From positions 398,194 to 462,193 of the forward strand of contig BCKZ01000009.1 in the NCBI GenBank assembly GCA_001600815.1: DNA of 64,000 nt, read 5' to 3'. Within the stretch, counting starts at the first letter, position 1. Each line of letters begins with the position of its first letter. A model generated the notes under the pieces. The model was not told the DNA's origin, did no database searches, and saw only the letters and a program-made list of their open reading frames with translations. The stretch comes from Alloascoidea hylecoeti (Eukaryota). This document shows, one piece after another, positions 23,067 through 35,538 of the stretch. The position numbers and the translations under genes were made by a program.

Positions 23067-25206
23067 TTTGAATAGAAATGTTTTTATAGAATGATGGAAA
23101 AAGAAAAAAGAAAAACTTTTTTTTTTCCCCCATCTAACAGGTATGCTGAAATATTCCAATAAAGTAAATATGATACCGTCACTCAAAATAACCTAGGCCT
23201 ATTATTATACTTAATTACCTATGAATTGTAGGTTATATCTAGTGCTACTTTGTTCCGTTAATACCCATCAGTACTACTCTTATATTGGCCATGGATATAT
23301 TAATTTTTAATTGATATACCAACAGAATATATTTCAGGTCTTAAAGCCAAAGATTATCTCTGATGATTATAAAACATTAGAATTGGCAGTCACCAAATTA
23401 TAAGAAACAGTTGCAGTAGTAACAGTACCATAGTTATTTCAATTGGTTATATCCCATAATTAGGCAAATTGAAATCATCCTGCCAAGCCAGACAGTTTAA
23501 GACGCCATATGCATCCTTTTTTGCGAATATCACTAATCATGAGAATAGATTCCCAACTACTACAAATAGCTCAAGACTGTTCTTTGTTTAAAAATTAGAG
23601 CACAAATGAAAATAGAATTCCAGTGAACATATGCATAACCGAGAATATTTTCATTTGATTGAGTCTTGCTATATGGTATAAAATTCCCGTATTCCTTAAT
23701 CCGCCTAAAGCCACCCTCACTTATAGAATAACGAAGAATTACACTATATAAGGTATATCATATATGACTCATTTTTCGTCTTCATTAGAGAGTTTTTTAC
23801 TACCGGTAGTAATCAAATACTGCCGGACCCGGGTGCCACCTTTAGAATAATTTTTTGTTCCATGTTTTATTATAAACTTTATTTAAAAGACAGAATAGTA
23901 GTAAAATATACATGTAATAGATTTGAATCTTCTTCTGACAACCGATATTTACCCTAGGTGAAACATACTACTGGATAATCTTTTCCGTAGGTATTTCACT
24001 AGTTATATTGTAAATTTAAATCAATTTTTCGCAATTGAATTCTAATTGAGAAAACTTTGTTGATTCATCAAACAAAAACTATTGAGATCGCAACTATAGG
24101 ACAGGAAAATCCAATTACTATATATTTTTAATCGGATTCAAATGAAGTTCAAATTAATTATGTCAAAAAGGTAAGCTTGAGATGAAGTACAGATTACACC
24201 CTAGTAACACAATCCTAGCCCGAACGTCAACAAGATAAGAGATCAAGAAAAACATCCAGTAAACATAACAAAAACATAAACTTCATTATAATTATTGGCA
24301 GCCGCAATGTCAACCAACGTTGACAATTCTATTGAAGGGATATCAGGACCCACCGAGAGTAAACGACGCTCATAAGATTAGTCGCATATGGAGATGAAAG
24401 TCAGGGGTCCAACAATTGAGGTAAATTGAATGGTGGATTGAGTTGTTTTATAATTTATAGACCAAGTAGAGCGCGGATAACTGAAATATAGCTTATTGAT
24501 CCGATACTTAATTAAGTTTACTTTAATATCCTATTCATTATACAAAAGACAATACCTCCGACATTAATGAATAGATATGAACAATAACCATGAAACAAAT
24601 TCCATTGAAAACAGCAATACAAAAATAATGAACTGTGTGTATGCAATATATATATGCAAGGTATTTGTTCCGCTGCAAGTTTGTAATTAAGCTTTTTGAA
24701 GTACTTTTCCTTGCACCAGACCCGTTATATTTGGAGTCGTATCTAAATTGCCAAGCTGCTACATATAGATACAAATATATCGTATAATATCACAATTTTG
24801 ATCAACTACATTCAATGATGAATTGTAGACCGTTAGATATTGGCGTATTCGTTCTGGAGTGAAACGAAAAGAATGCACTGTTATATGTTCGGCGCGGCGG
24901 ACACTGTCGGACGGTAGCACGGCTGCTGCACTATTTGAAAATCATGCCTGCATGACAACCGGCCCATCGTAAAAGGCAGGTTAAACTCATCGTTCAGGGT
25001 TGACCTACATAAAAGAATCACTTTAATATTAAGTCAACTGAAGTCAACTGAAATTGCGTGCTAGACGCAGGCTGGCTATATAGGATGACGAATATTCTTC
25101 TTATTTCCTCATCGCGAGACTATATTTGCATGTAGTAATGAAAAAAATATTTACTTATAAATTCTCTTACTCCCTCTTCATTTTCATTTAAAACTATTTC
25201 ACTTCA

Positions 25207-26898
25207 ATGGTCGGATTTCATGATCTGAAAGCGGTGTTATCACCTCAGTCTACAAAAAATAAGGACGAGGAAAATGTCTCTGAAAACCTCGATGGTGTTG
25301 TTATAGCAGACAAGATTGACACAGGTAGCCGAGAAATTGGTGTATTTTCAGCCATTTTTTTGATTTTGAACCGTATTGTCGGTACTGGTATATTTGCTAC
25401 TCCTTCTACAATCTACTCCCTCGCTGGTAGTGTTGGGTTTGCTATGGTTCTTTGGCTTGTAGGTACAATTATAGGTTTTACTGGACTGTTAGTTTATATG
25501 GAATGGGGAGTTGCAATTCCAAGAAATGGCGGCGAAAAAAATTATCTTGAATACGTTTATACGAAACCACGATTTTTAGCTACGGCGATGTATGCTACCT
25601 ATGTTTTTTTCTTAGGCTGGGCTTCTGGAAATTCCATCGTTTTTGGCCAATACATATTAACCGCTGCGGAAGTAGATGTCACAAGATGGAATCAAAGAGG
25701 CATTGGTATTGCTTGTATTACATTTGCTTTCTTAGTTCATAGTCTCGCAAAAAAATGGGGTATCTATTTACAAAATGTCCTTGGAATCTTTAAGTTGGTA
25801 GTCATAGTCTTTATTGCGATCACTGGATGGGTTGCCCTTGGTGGTGGTATCCATAATGACGAGGTTGCAGGTAAAGCTAACTTTAAGAATAGTTTTGAAG
25901 GAACAACAAGCAGTGCTTACGCTATAGTAACTTGTCTTTATAATATTATTTGGTCTTACGTTGGCTATTCGAATGCAAATTATGCTCTAGGTGAGGCAAA
26001 GAATCCAGTGAAGACATTGAAAATAGCTGCTCCAATTGCATATATCTTTGTTGCCATCATTTACATGCTTGTAAATGTTGCTTATTTTGCTGTTGTTCCA
26101 AAGGAACAGTTCGCATCTTCGGGTACTATTTTGGCTGCTACTTTTTTCAAAATTGCTTTCGGATCAACTGCTCAAAAGGCTATGTCTGTTTTGGTGGCCA
26201 TTTCTGCCTTAGGTAACGTCATGTCTGTGATCTTTTCACAAGGCCGTATTATTCAACAATTAGGTCGTGAAGGTATATTGCCTTTCCCTAAGTTTTTTGC
26301 AACCAGTAAGCCTTTCAACTCTCCCTTTGTGGGTTTATTTCAACATTGGGTTGTTTGCATTATCACCATTATTGCTCCACCACCTGGCGATGCTTATAAT
26401 TTTATCATGAATTTGATTTCTTACCCATTAAATGTAGTTAATGCTTTTGTTGCGGGTGGTTTATTATACATTTATCTTCAGAAGAAACGTGGTAAGATCA
26501 CTTGGGATCCACCTTTTCATGCCTCAATTCCTGTTACTCTTTTCTTTTTCTTGGCAAACTTATTCCTTATTGTTGCTCCTTATATTGCCCCAGATGGTGA
26601 CAACAGTGTATATATTGACTTACCTTATTGGTTGCATTGTGTTGTTGGTACCGGAATCTTGCTTGCAGGTGGAATTTATTGGATCTTCTGGAGACATATT
26701 TGTCCTAGAATATTTAATTATGAAATTATTACAAAGGAAGTTATTGGAGATGATGGTTTTTGGAGAAATGATATTCGTTTTGTTAAAGGTTCAAGAGGTA
26801 GTATTGACGAAAACTTAAATACATCTGATCATGATTCTAATGCTGATAATAGTAACGAACAAGAGAAAAAAGGAGGTGTTTATACTAAGGTGTTTTGA
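25207..26898 (+). CDS. MUP1: High-affinity methionine permease (APC/LAT family)
   Basis: IGVFSAIFLILNRIVGTGIFATPS, IPRNGGEKNYLE, GYSNANYAL, APPPGDAYNF; about 12 TM segments. Confidence 0.9.
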   Translation: MVGFHDLKAVLSPQSTKNKDEENVSENLDGVVIADKIDTGSREIGVFSAIFLILNRIVGTGIFATPSTIYSLAGSVGFAMVLWLVGTIIGFTGLLVYMEWGVAIPRNGGEKNYLEYVYTKPRFLATAMYATYVFFLGWASGNSIVFGQYILTAAEVDVTRWNQRGIGIACITFAFLVHSLAKKWGIYLQNVLGIFKLVVIVFIAITGWVALGGGIHNDEVAGKANFKNSFEGTTSSAYAIVTCLYNIIWSYVGYSNANYALGEAKNPVKTLKIAAPIAYIFVAIIYMLVNVAYFAVVPKEQFASSGTILAATFFKIAFGSTAQKAMSVLVAISALGNVMSVIFSQGRIIQQLGREGILPFPKFFATSKPFNSPFVGLFQHWVVCIITIIAPPPGDAYNFIMNLISYPLNVVNAFVAGGLLYIYLQKKRGKITWDPPFHASIPVTLFFFLANLFLIVAPYIAPDGDNSVYIDLPYWLHCVVGTGILLAGGIYWIFWRHICPRIFNYEIITKEVIGDDGFWRNDIRFVKGSRGSIDENLNTSDHDSNADNSNEQEKKGGVYTKVF

Positions 26899-27479
26899 TT
26901 TAAACTAATTTTTATTTGTATTCGTGCATGTTAACCTTTTTTTTTTTATTTCATTATTTTTCTCCTTGTTACCTCTATTTTAATTAATTAGTTATCGTAG
27001 GATTTCATGATATAACTCATGATTTATTTATCTAGAATCTTCTTTATAAAATTATTAATATTATACACTAATTCTATTTAATTTCGGCTATATAATGACC
27101 CAAGATTTGTTCTATAGTTTAAACTGATTTTCGCCCAAAAAATTAATAGTTAAAGTGTAGCTGAATATTTAGTCCTGTTGTTTCATCTGCCATAATGCAA
27201 CATATTGAATGGTATAGCGTTGCTATACTAGACTGCTATACAAGATTGGTATATCGGTATACTAGAATCTTAGAATAGCATAAAACAGGTTAGACTATAT
27301 ATAGCTATATAATCGGTTTTGGGTTCTTCTTTAATATCTAAAGAGTATATATTCCCCTTTAATAAAACTTATCGGGTATCAGCTAATAGCTGGTCAACAA
27401 CAAAAATGGTAGTTTATATCGAAAAAGATTATTAGAATTGAAATTTTGCTAGATATTTATGTCTTATTAACTGCACCCT

Positions 27480-28400
27480 CACCGGGATCTATTGAAATCA
27501 AAGGATGGCCGACAACAACTATAGCTACACGTTAAGCTAAAAATTCAGTAATAGTATTAGCAAGGGGTGTTTGAACCAAGACATCCATTTTATCTGTTTC
27601 AATGGTTGTAATCTTCGTCTATTTCGAAATACAGTAATACCCGATTTCTTTTTCAAAAGATCGAGTGCCTTCACTGGCCCTTCAGTAATTGACTCAGTCA
27701 TATCTGGGACCTATACAATTTTGGCATAGGTACGAACAAAACGGGTAGAAGCTGTTAAAACATTGTGTCACGCAAAGTTTTATAGTTTACGAATAATTAT
27801 TGATAAAAAATACCAAATTTATATAGGACTAGATAGCTAAATTTCAACGGGAGAATTTAACTCTTTACCTCTTTCATTTTACACTTTTTACCCACAGTGC
27901 CATTAATTCTACTTAAATCCACATGTTACTGTTTACTTATATTAAACGAAATTCGTAACCGCAAATTAACAGAAGCCGGCCAGAATGCCTCAAAGGGATG
28001 GAAATAGGCTTTAACGCTCCGATTGTATTATCTAACGGGTTACTAATCAACATAGTCTGGTCACGCTTATCCCGCATGGTTTTAGCTGCATATGCTTACA
28101 TTTGTTGTTGTTTTCCTGAATCAGGTATCATAATAACAACAATTCCCATTTGTGATTAATTATACTCTTCAAACAAAATGTTTATTGCTCTCCACCTTCA
28201 GCATTATAGCATTGTGTGCCCTGAATCCTTCAAACAACAACTCCATAAGAGAAGCATCGTTTCGCCTTAAGAATCATCAAGTTCAAACAAGTCAAAGAGA
28301 TTATTATATATGAGTGTTATTAAAAAAATCTGTAATGAGCTACAAGAACATTAACCTCTTTGTTAATCAAACTTTATAATCGACCAACTATATTTGATTT
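27480..28400 (-). mobile_element. Putative Crypton (tyrosine-recombinase DNA transposon) fossil, heavily frameshifted
   Basis: Motif fragments occur in the expected order on the minus strand: RLMF/LVAHYRFF (~28357-28325), NLFDLFEL (~28300-28280), IVVIMIPDSGK (~28140-28111), AAKTMRDK (~28089-28066), IGAL/AYF (~28023-28000) and VTQ (~27770). These resemble the RxxFLxxHyxllRG...LxDLF...GKTN...MRHK...CPIGALAFY...KVTH series. By-eye match only. Confidence 0.4.
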
Positions 28401-28800
28401 TCAATGATTTTGAGCGCCATTTCATTGTATCTTAAGAGTTATTAGTCCCTCGGATGATTTTTGACGTATGTTTTCAACTTTGCGATTATGTAATATGTAC
28501 TTGGATATTTATAGTATGTTATTGTTATTGCTATTTCTATTGTTATTGTTATTGCACTTATATTAGTTTCTCGATCATCTCTTCTTATTATTTCTAATTT
28601 TTGACAATACGTTATAAATTTATTTTTAATTCCGCATGATATCGTGGAATCGGAACTCTTTTCTTTAGTATAGATATCGATTGCCTAACCTTCAATTAAT
28701 AAATACAAATACTGCTTGATCAAATTATTCATTTACCTATAGAAAAATAGGTTATTGGTAGCTTATCACTCTGTAACAATAACGACGAGGGGATCTTAAA

Positions 28801-30954
28801 ATGCATCCAACTATCAATCCTTTCTTAGATATCGATCAGTACAGTAATCATGATCAATCAGACAAATCTTCAGTTAACTTAATTGAAAAACCAGTAACTC
28901 AAGACCAATTGCAAGATGCAGATACAAAATTTAATAATTCCAAAATGGAACCGAATAATTTCAATGGTATTTTGGATATTGACCAAGCACCTGCACTTAA
29001 AACAAATGACTTGGATTTTTATTCGTTTTATCAACCGCAACCCTTACAATATGACGATTTGCTCTCTCAAACATTGACAAATTTACAGGACCTAGATATA
29101 CCAACTGGTAGACACCTTGATATGAGTTGTATTGACATCAATGATAATTTTGATTTCCAAGATTTCCACAACAAAATGGACAATTATGATACTTTTAACA
29201 ATTTAATCCAATATCAAAACTCCAACAAAAACAGATCACCTACTGCAGTTGGAAATATGAATTTTAAAAGGGAACATAAAAGAAAGACAACAGGCACCTC
29301 AATATTTGGAATTGATCCAGAATCTTTAACTTTTGGTAATTCAAACACTAAATTAATTAACACAACTAACTTAAATTTAACAAAAAATACATCTTTATCC
29401 GGTAATTATTCGAAAGAATTGACTTTAGAGAACATAAATACATCGAGATTATCACTACAACCTTTACCTGACTTGTCATTAGAACCATCATCAATACCGA
29501 GAAATGTATCACCACCTCCACCCATCACAAATAAGAATTTAGAAATTAATATCATAAAGCCAATTGGATATAAATTTCCACCCAGTACTCCTAAAATTGA
29601 AATCCCCTCTTATCAACCTCAAAATGTAAACTTTAGTATTTCTGAAAAACAACAAACAGATTATTACAAGTATAAACCTGAATATCTCAACAGATTGTCA
29701 AGATTTGAAAAGGGTGATAAAAAATTTGAAACTCCCATTATGTATCCGGAAATAATAAATATTTCTGACAATGAAGTAAAATCTTCTGAATATTTAAATT
29801 ATGATCACAGTATTTCCGCGTTAAATCCTCTATTTGAAAATAATATATTCTATGTAAATGATTTTATTCATCAAGATAATTCTTCATCAGATCCTACATC
29901 ATATTTGCAATCAACATCGAGCATACACCTAAATCCGCCATTACCACAAGCACCAGATGTTGTTACCATTACTCCTCAATTGGGACCTGTAGATTTAGAA
30001 GATAGTTTCATATCATTACCTTATGAAACACCTTCTCCAAAGAAACGCAATAAATTCGCGTTACCAGACTCAGCTTCTCCATCACCAACTCAGAAACGAA
30101 AGCTCGATTCACCCTCAAATATTCTAAACAGTTATATGTTTAATGAAAGTGATGCAAGTCCATCATCCCCTTCACCAAAACGAAGCCTAAGATGGAGACC
30201 TACAATTATACCAAAAGCTGAATTCGTTGACTCTCAGCAACTTCTCAAGAAAGAAAAAAAAAAAAAAAAAGAGAAGTTAAAGCGTACAATTGAATCCGGA
30301 ACGTTCTCTTCGAATTCTGAAACGAGCTCAAATAATAAACTGCATCCAGAAATCAGTGCAATGGCAATAAAAAAAAATTCTCTCCCACAGAATTGTATAG
30401 ATAGTTATATAATAGGTCCAGATATTAATGGGGAATTTGTTTGCACTTTTGATCATTGTGGTAAGAAATTTAAAAGACGATACAACATCCGTTCTCATGT
30501 TCAAACCCATCTTGCAGATCGTCCTTTTATCTGTACAGTTTGTGGGGCAAATTTCGTTAGACAGCATGACCTCAAAAGACACTTTACAATACATATGGAA
30601 TATAAGCATATATGTCCGTGTGGTAAGAAATTCGCAAGAAGCGATGCTTTGATACGCCATCAACAACGAAACATATGTTGTGGTGGTACAGATATGAGCA
30701 ATGCACCAGATATGCGTACTCATGGAATAACAAGTGCTGATACGAGTCCAATCAAAAAGGTTAGCAAGTTAAGCCACCCAAAATATGATTCTCTTAAAAG
30801 AAAGCAACCAGACTTTTTACCTGACAATAATGAAAATGAACAAAGTCAAAAGTTTGAAATACAAATGCCTTTACCTTCAGATATGGGCCAGATGGTAGAT
30901 ATTAACAATAGTGAAGCTTATTTAGATCTATATTGGAATGATATTGATGAATAG
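28801..30954 (+). CDS. ACE2: Ace2 C2H2 zinc-finger transcription factor (cell separation)
   Basis: Ace2/Swi5-type fingers CGKKFKRRYNIRSHVQTHLADRPF...FVRQHDLKRH...CPCGKKFARSDAL...ICCGG. The HKRKTTGTSIFG segment matches the Cbk1-site/NES motif of Ace2. Confidence 0.9.
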   Translation: MHPTINPFLDIDQYSNHDQSDKSSVNLIEKPVTQDQLQDADTKFNNSKMEPNNFNGILDIDQAPALKTNDLDFYSFYQPQPLQYDDLLSQTLTNLQDLDIPTGRHLDMSCIDINDNFDFQDFHNKMDNYDTFNNLIQYQNSNKNRSPTAVGNMNFKREHKRKTTGTSIFGIDPESLTFGNSNTKLINTTNLNLTKNTSLSGNYSKELTLENINTSRLSLQPLPDLSLEPSSIPRNVSPPPPITNKNLEINIIKPIGYKFPPSTPKIEIPSYQPQNVNFSISEKQQTDYYKYKPEYLNRLSRFEKGDKKFETPIMYPEIINISDNEVKSSEYLNYDHSISALNPLFENNIFYVNDFIHQDNSSSDPTSYLQSTSSIHLNPPLPQAPDVVTITPQLGPVDLEDSFISLPYETPSPKKRNKFALPDSASPSPTQKRKLDSPSNILNSYMFNESDASPSSPSPKRSLRWRPTIIPKAEFVDSQQLLKKEKKKKKEKLKRTIESGTFSSNSETSSNNKLHPEISAMAIKKNSLPQNCIDSYIIGPDINGEFVCTFDHCGKKFKRRYNIRSHVQTHLADRPFICTVCGANFVRQHDLKRHFTIHMEYKHICPCGKKFARSDALIRHQQRNICCGGTDMSNAPDMRTHGITSADTSPIKKVSKLSHPKYDSLKRKQPDFLPDNNENEQSQKFEIQMPLPSDMGQMVDINNSEAYLDLYWNDIDE

Positions 30955-31074
30955 ATAAATATAATGGTAATATAGGTACTTTAAATAATTATTCTCTAAT
31001 GAGATTTTATATAGATATCATATATTATATTCTTATAATTTTAATCATAACTAGAACTATTATTAGGTAGACTA

Positions 31075-32775
31075 TTATTCAGCGTTGGTTGCAGCAGATA
31101 ATTCAGCTTGTTTGACAAGATTTGCTGGGGCATCGAACTTTTCTAGCATGACTTCTAACAATCTGATTTTCGTTGGCTCGGCGAACTTCTTATCATTCAG
31201 AAACTTATCAAGTTCTCCTGTGGTTGATACCTTTTCAGAAACATATTTCTTCGCTCCGAAGGTGGGTAATATGGCTGTGTGATCCCAACTTTGAACATCA
31301 TTATAAGAAGATTCTGGACCATGGATCAATCTTTCAATTGTATACCCATCATTATTGAGAACAACAATGTATGGATTAACACCCCATTTTATCATAGTTG
31401 AAATTTCCTGAACTGTTAACTGCAAAGATCCATCTCCAACAAACAGAATAACTCTCTTCTTTTTATCGATTTCTTCAGCTCCCATAACAGCACCAAGGCA
31501 AGCACCCACTGAAAAGCCAATCGAGCCCCATAAAACTTGGGATATCCCAGTAGTTTTAGGAGGAAATTGTGTCTGAATAATACCAAAAGATGAAGTACCA
31601 GTTTCTGTGATGACAACATCACCAGGCCTGAGCCAGCTTGAAAACCTAGTCCACAACCATGATTGTGTTAACGGTGTATCAACATTAGCGGGTGTATTCA
31701 AAATCTTTGTGTTTGGAATTATAGTTGGTTCGTAGTGACTGATGTACCCACCAATTGATTCTAATAATTTAGGTAAAACAAATTTCATCTGAACACCTGG
31801 AAAAGTGGCTGTTTTAATTTTACAATAATCAGAATGAAGTTCAATAATATTTGACGTCTTATAGGAATATGAAAAAGAACCAGTATTAAAGTCAGACATT
31901 ATCCCACCAACTGACAAGACCAAATCAGCGGATTCAACAGCTTCTTTAACGTGAGGATATGAAAGAGAACCAACATAAACACCACCAAATCTAGGATTGT
32001 GTTCATTAAAGTTACCTTTACCCATTGGCGTAACATAAACAGGAAACTGCGTGATGTCGATGAGTTGAGCCGTCTCCTCTTTGACATTATGGCGGCCAGC
32101 ACAAGCATCAACTAAGACAATTGGGTTTTTAGCTTTCGAAACCATTTTCAAAATGGTCTCGACAACCTCCTCTTCCGATTCAGGGTCATTTGGCTGTAAG
32201 CTTAAATCAAGAGGTTTTTTCAACAACGATGCTGGAACTTCCTCATCAACATAATTGGAAGGAAACCCAATATATACTGGACGTTGATGAATATATGCTT
32301 CGCGAATTACTCTATCAATTTCAGCAGGAGCAGAATGCAAATCTCTTAAAATGGTGGTTGTCTGGGAGATCTGAGAGGATATTTTGTGGAAAACGGTAAA
32401 ATCACCATTACCAAGAGTATGATGAAGTAATAGTTGTTTTGATTGAGCTGCAATTGAAGGTATACCAACGACATGGACAACACCAACATGTTCGGCATAA
32501 GAACCTGCGATGGCATTAATGGTCGACAATTCACCAACACCAAAGGTTGTGACAATACAAGATAAGCCCTTAACTCTTGCATATCCATCGGCGGCATAAC
32601 CAGCATTCAATTCATTGGCATTGCCAACCCATCTTAATCCTTCAACTTGGTAGATCTTATCCAAGAGAGTTAAATTGAAGTCACCAGGAAGACCAAAGAT
32701 AGATTGCACTTTTAGTTGACGTAAACGCTGGAATAGGTATTCACCTAATGTGATTTTTGATCCTTTGGAAGGCAT
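31075..32775 (-). CDS. PDC1: Pyruvate decarboxylase (TPP-dependent)
   Basis: ITLGEYLFQRL, FGLPGDFNL, NELNAGYAADGYAR, LLLHHTLGNGDF and GDGSLQL...NNDGYTIER. Confidence 0.93.
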   Translation of the reverse strand: MPSKGSKITLGEYLFQRLRQLKVQSIFGLPGDFNLTLLDKIYQVEGLRWVGNANELNAGYAADGYARVKGLSCIVTTFGVGELSTINAIAGSYAEHVGVVHVVGIPSIAAQSKQLLLHHTLGNGDFTVFHKISSQISQTTTILRDLHSAPAEIDRVIREAYIHQRPVYIGFPSNYVDEEVPASLLKKPLDLSLQPNDPESEEEVVETILKMVSKAKNPIVLVDACAGRHNVKEETAQLIDITQFPVYVTPMGKGNFNEHNPRFGGVYVGSLSYPHVKEAVESADLVLSVGGIMSDFNTGSFSYSYKTSNIIELHSDYCKIKTATFPGVQMKFVLPKLLESIGGYISHYEPTIIPNTKILNTPANVDTPLTQSWLWTRFSSWLRPGDVVITETGTSSFGIIQTQFPPKTTGISQVLWGSIGFSVGACLGAVMGAEEIDKKKRVILFVGDGSLQLTVQEISTMIKWGVNPYIVVLNNDGYTIERLIHGPESSYNDVQSWDHTAILPTFGAKKYVSEKVSTTGELDKFLNDKKFAEPTKIRLLEVMLEKFDAPANLVKQAELSAATNAE

Positions 32776-35358
32776 AATGGTATCGAACAGGATATCAAGA
32801 AGATAAGCTAGTATACCTAGATATTTTTAGTAAACAAGGAAGAAATCGATTGATAGTTTAGATTATAAGGACAAATGCTCTTATATATTGCAATCTTATA
32901 TATGTGAATTCAAAGTTCTTTTATTATCATTAGTGTAAAAATATAAGATGTACATATCCTTTCTTTGTGTCCTAACAAAGCGCTTGAATAGACTACAACA
33001 GCCTTAAGCTTATGTATATATAAAACCAGAACTTATTGATAAATTCCTTTCAGGTTGATTGAGTCTGTTTTACCTCTAGACTTGGCTTTGTGTATTGAAA
33101 TTTAACAACATCAGTTGCAAAAACTATATTTATTCTTTTAGTCTGCTTATGGTTATAGGTTTAAAAAAATTGGTTGTCCATAAAAGTCAAAATTATATCG
33201 ATATACTATATATAGGCCAATACGGTTGTAGCTATTAATATAGGGATAATGATATCGATTTCTTTTTTATATGCCCAGGAAACATGCAAACTAATAAGAT
33301 TAAAAAAAATTTAGTACATACTAGTATACCTATGTCAAACATCAATATAAGTTTAATACTACATTCATCAAATATATGTTAGTTGCAATTTTGGAAACAT
33401 AATTGATTTGATTCTAATTTATCTAATTTGCAATTAAAGGGTTGGAAACGCATTGGAATAAGAACAGTATACTTGGACCGCTACAATTAATAACATCACA
33501 TCTTTGAAATTAATATTAATTGATATTCTCAGGCCAAATTATTCATACCCCCAATCTTTTTAAGAAACAAAGACAGTGATATATCTGGAATCTAAGGGAT
33601 TATCGGAGCCCCTTTTTCCTAATATATGGAATAACAAATATGATAAGGGATAGTAATTATAACAGTTAATATTCCTCCTTAGAGAGGGCACTCTTTTAGT
33701 TTGTACGTTTGTTCAAAAAATGTGTAATTCTTGAATAAATTAAACAGCTAAGGTATTTCATCATAATTTGGAAATTATTGAATGAGATATTTACCCACAA
33801 ATTCATAATAGGTTAATGAACTTGATTGTTTTCTTTGCAATTAATTGTTGGAGATGGTTTGTAGGATACAAGAGAGGAAGTGAATTTCCGGCAGTTCCAT
33901 TTTATATCTTCTGTTACTTTTGATATATCCTCTATTGGTGTTATATTTTCATTCATATTAAAAGGTGAGATTTAACAATTACAAATGTATTTTCGCGGCT
34001 TCAATAAATTGAGTTGCTTTGTTGTTTGAGCAAGAGCCCTTGAGAATTATTGCTTTACTACCAGAACTTTTCAGAGGCAATTCAACATCTATCATCTTAA
34101 TATAAACGCTTTCCACATCAAATATAGGTGTAACCTTACCTGTAGAGTCTTATCTATCTGTAATAACTAGGCTTATTTGCAATGTTATTCGCTAACTTTT
34201 CCAGCTTGTTGATCTGAATGGTTTTCTTAGGTGGAGTCTCTTCATTTAGGTTAATAGGATCCCTTGATTAAATGTTTATGCAGCTTGACATATTATAAGA
34301 AGTTAAAGATGGCTGTAGGAATTGTAACTTTTAAAAGGCCTCTAGTACTGATATTTCACCGAGATAAGTACCTGCTATCTGTTTAGTATATTACCGTAAC
34401 ATTTCGTACCATCGGGCAAATTTTTAAGAGAAGTAAGGTTTAATACACTCTTTCACCACGATTAAATATATTATATCTGGTAGTACAGTGGCTAAGTACA
34501 CATACAGTTCACCGTTAGCATGCCCTTCATTAGAAAGATATTTATGTAGCTTAAACAATGTCACGAGCAACAAATGTTAGCCTCTTACATTTGTGCACCT
34601 AACGCTGTCAAAACAATAATGATATCAAATGATTTTAATTCTCTATATTCACCGATAAAGAAGTAGAAGGTTCAATGCTCTCATTTCCTGAAACCATTAC
34701 CACTTGGTTCATCGAGACAAAGCAAAAAATGGTATCGACACGGTCTGGTCTTAATGTTGATCAGTAAAAAATGTGTTAGATGTTGTAAATCATGGGGATA
34801 TCGTGTTTTTATATTGGAACATAACTTTTACCTTTTTTCTTATCATCGCTCAACTGGTTCGCTACTTTAACCACATAATTATTAATAAAAAGGAAGTAGA
34901 TATATATTGTACAGGAAATAGATCAAGCCAATGAGAATTTTCATTGATCAACATCAATTCTTGAGTTCGACTTGGTACGAAACCTAGATAGGAGACGCAA
35001 TTGACTTGTTTTTCATAGCTAGCGTACAACCGGATGAAAACTAATTAATCAGAATTTGATCTTTAGGAGTCAATAAATGAATATTTAAATTTTAAACAAA
35101 AAAAGTCAATTATTTCAATGATGTGCAATGACATAAGAAATCTAGAAAGTTCAAATGATAAGCAATTGTAATCCTTTCCCAATATCTTGACGACGTCACA
35201 AACACATACCCCAAGACAGCAAGTTTTAGCACTTACTATTTTTATCAAATATCAATAACATCTAATTAAAGGAATGATACAACTGAGTACCTTGTTTTTT
35301 TTTTATTTAGATTTAATTCGAGAAGAGTTAAAAGATGGAGAAGTTGCATTAATTGATA

Positions 35359-35432
35359 TCACGTGCTATTTGATGTGAAGTAGGGCTATAGCCTAAATGT
35401 GACAACGATTTCCTTACTTATGGGGTGTGACA
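35359..35432. promoter_or_regulatory. RPL37 promoter module: Cbf1 E-box, Tbf1-type palindrome and Homol-D-like cores
   Basis: TCACGTG at 35359-35365, TAGGGCTATAGCCTAA at 35381-35396, and TGTGACA at 35398 and 35426. Confidence 0.7.
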
Positions 35433-35538
35433 AGTATTACCCTCATACCGTTCTGATATATCCGCGGAAGTTAGAGGCAGACAGGTGGAAATTGACATTG
35501 AATAAAACAACTAGAAGGAAATCTCTTAAACCAGCAAA

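Noticed and set aside
25031..25052. AAGTCAACTG x2 tandem upstream of MUP1
   Set aside because: It is a short local duplication with no match to a motif I can name, and I found no canonical Cbf1 or Met31 site nearby.
33400..35050. Possible decayed coding or TE sequence upstream of PDC, including TACAACCGG (35025), which resembles the Tc1 TIR
   Set aside because: I could not assemble an ordered motif series, and the short match could be chance.
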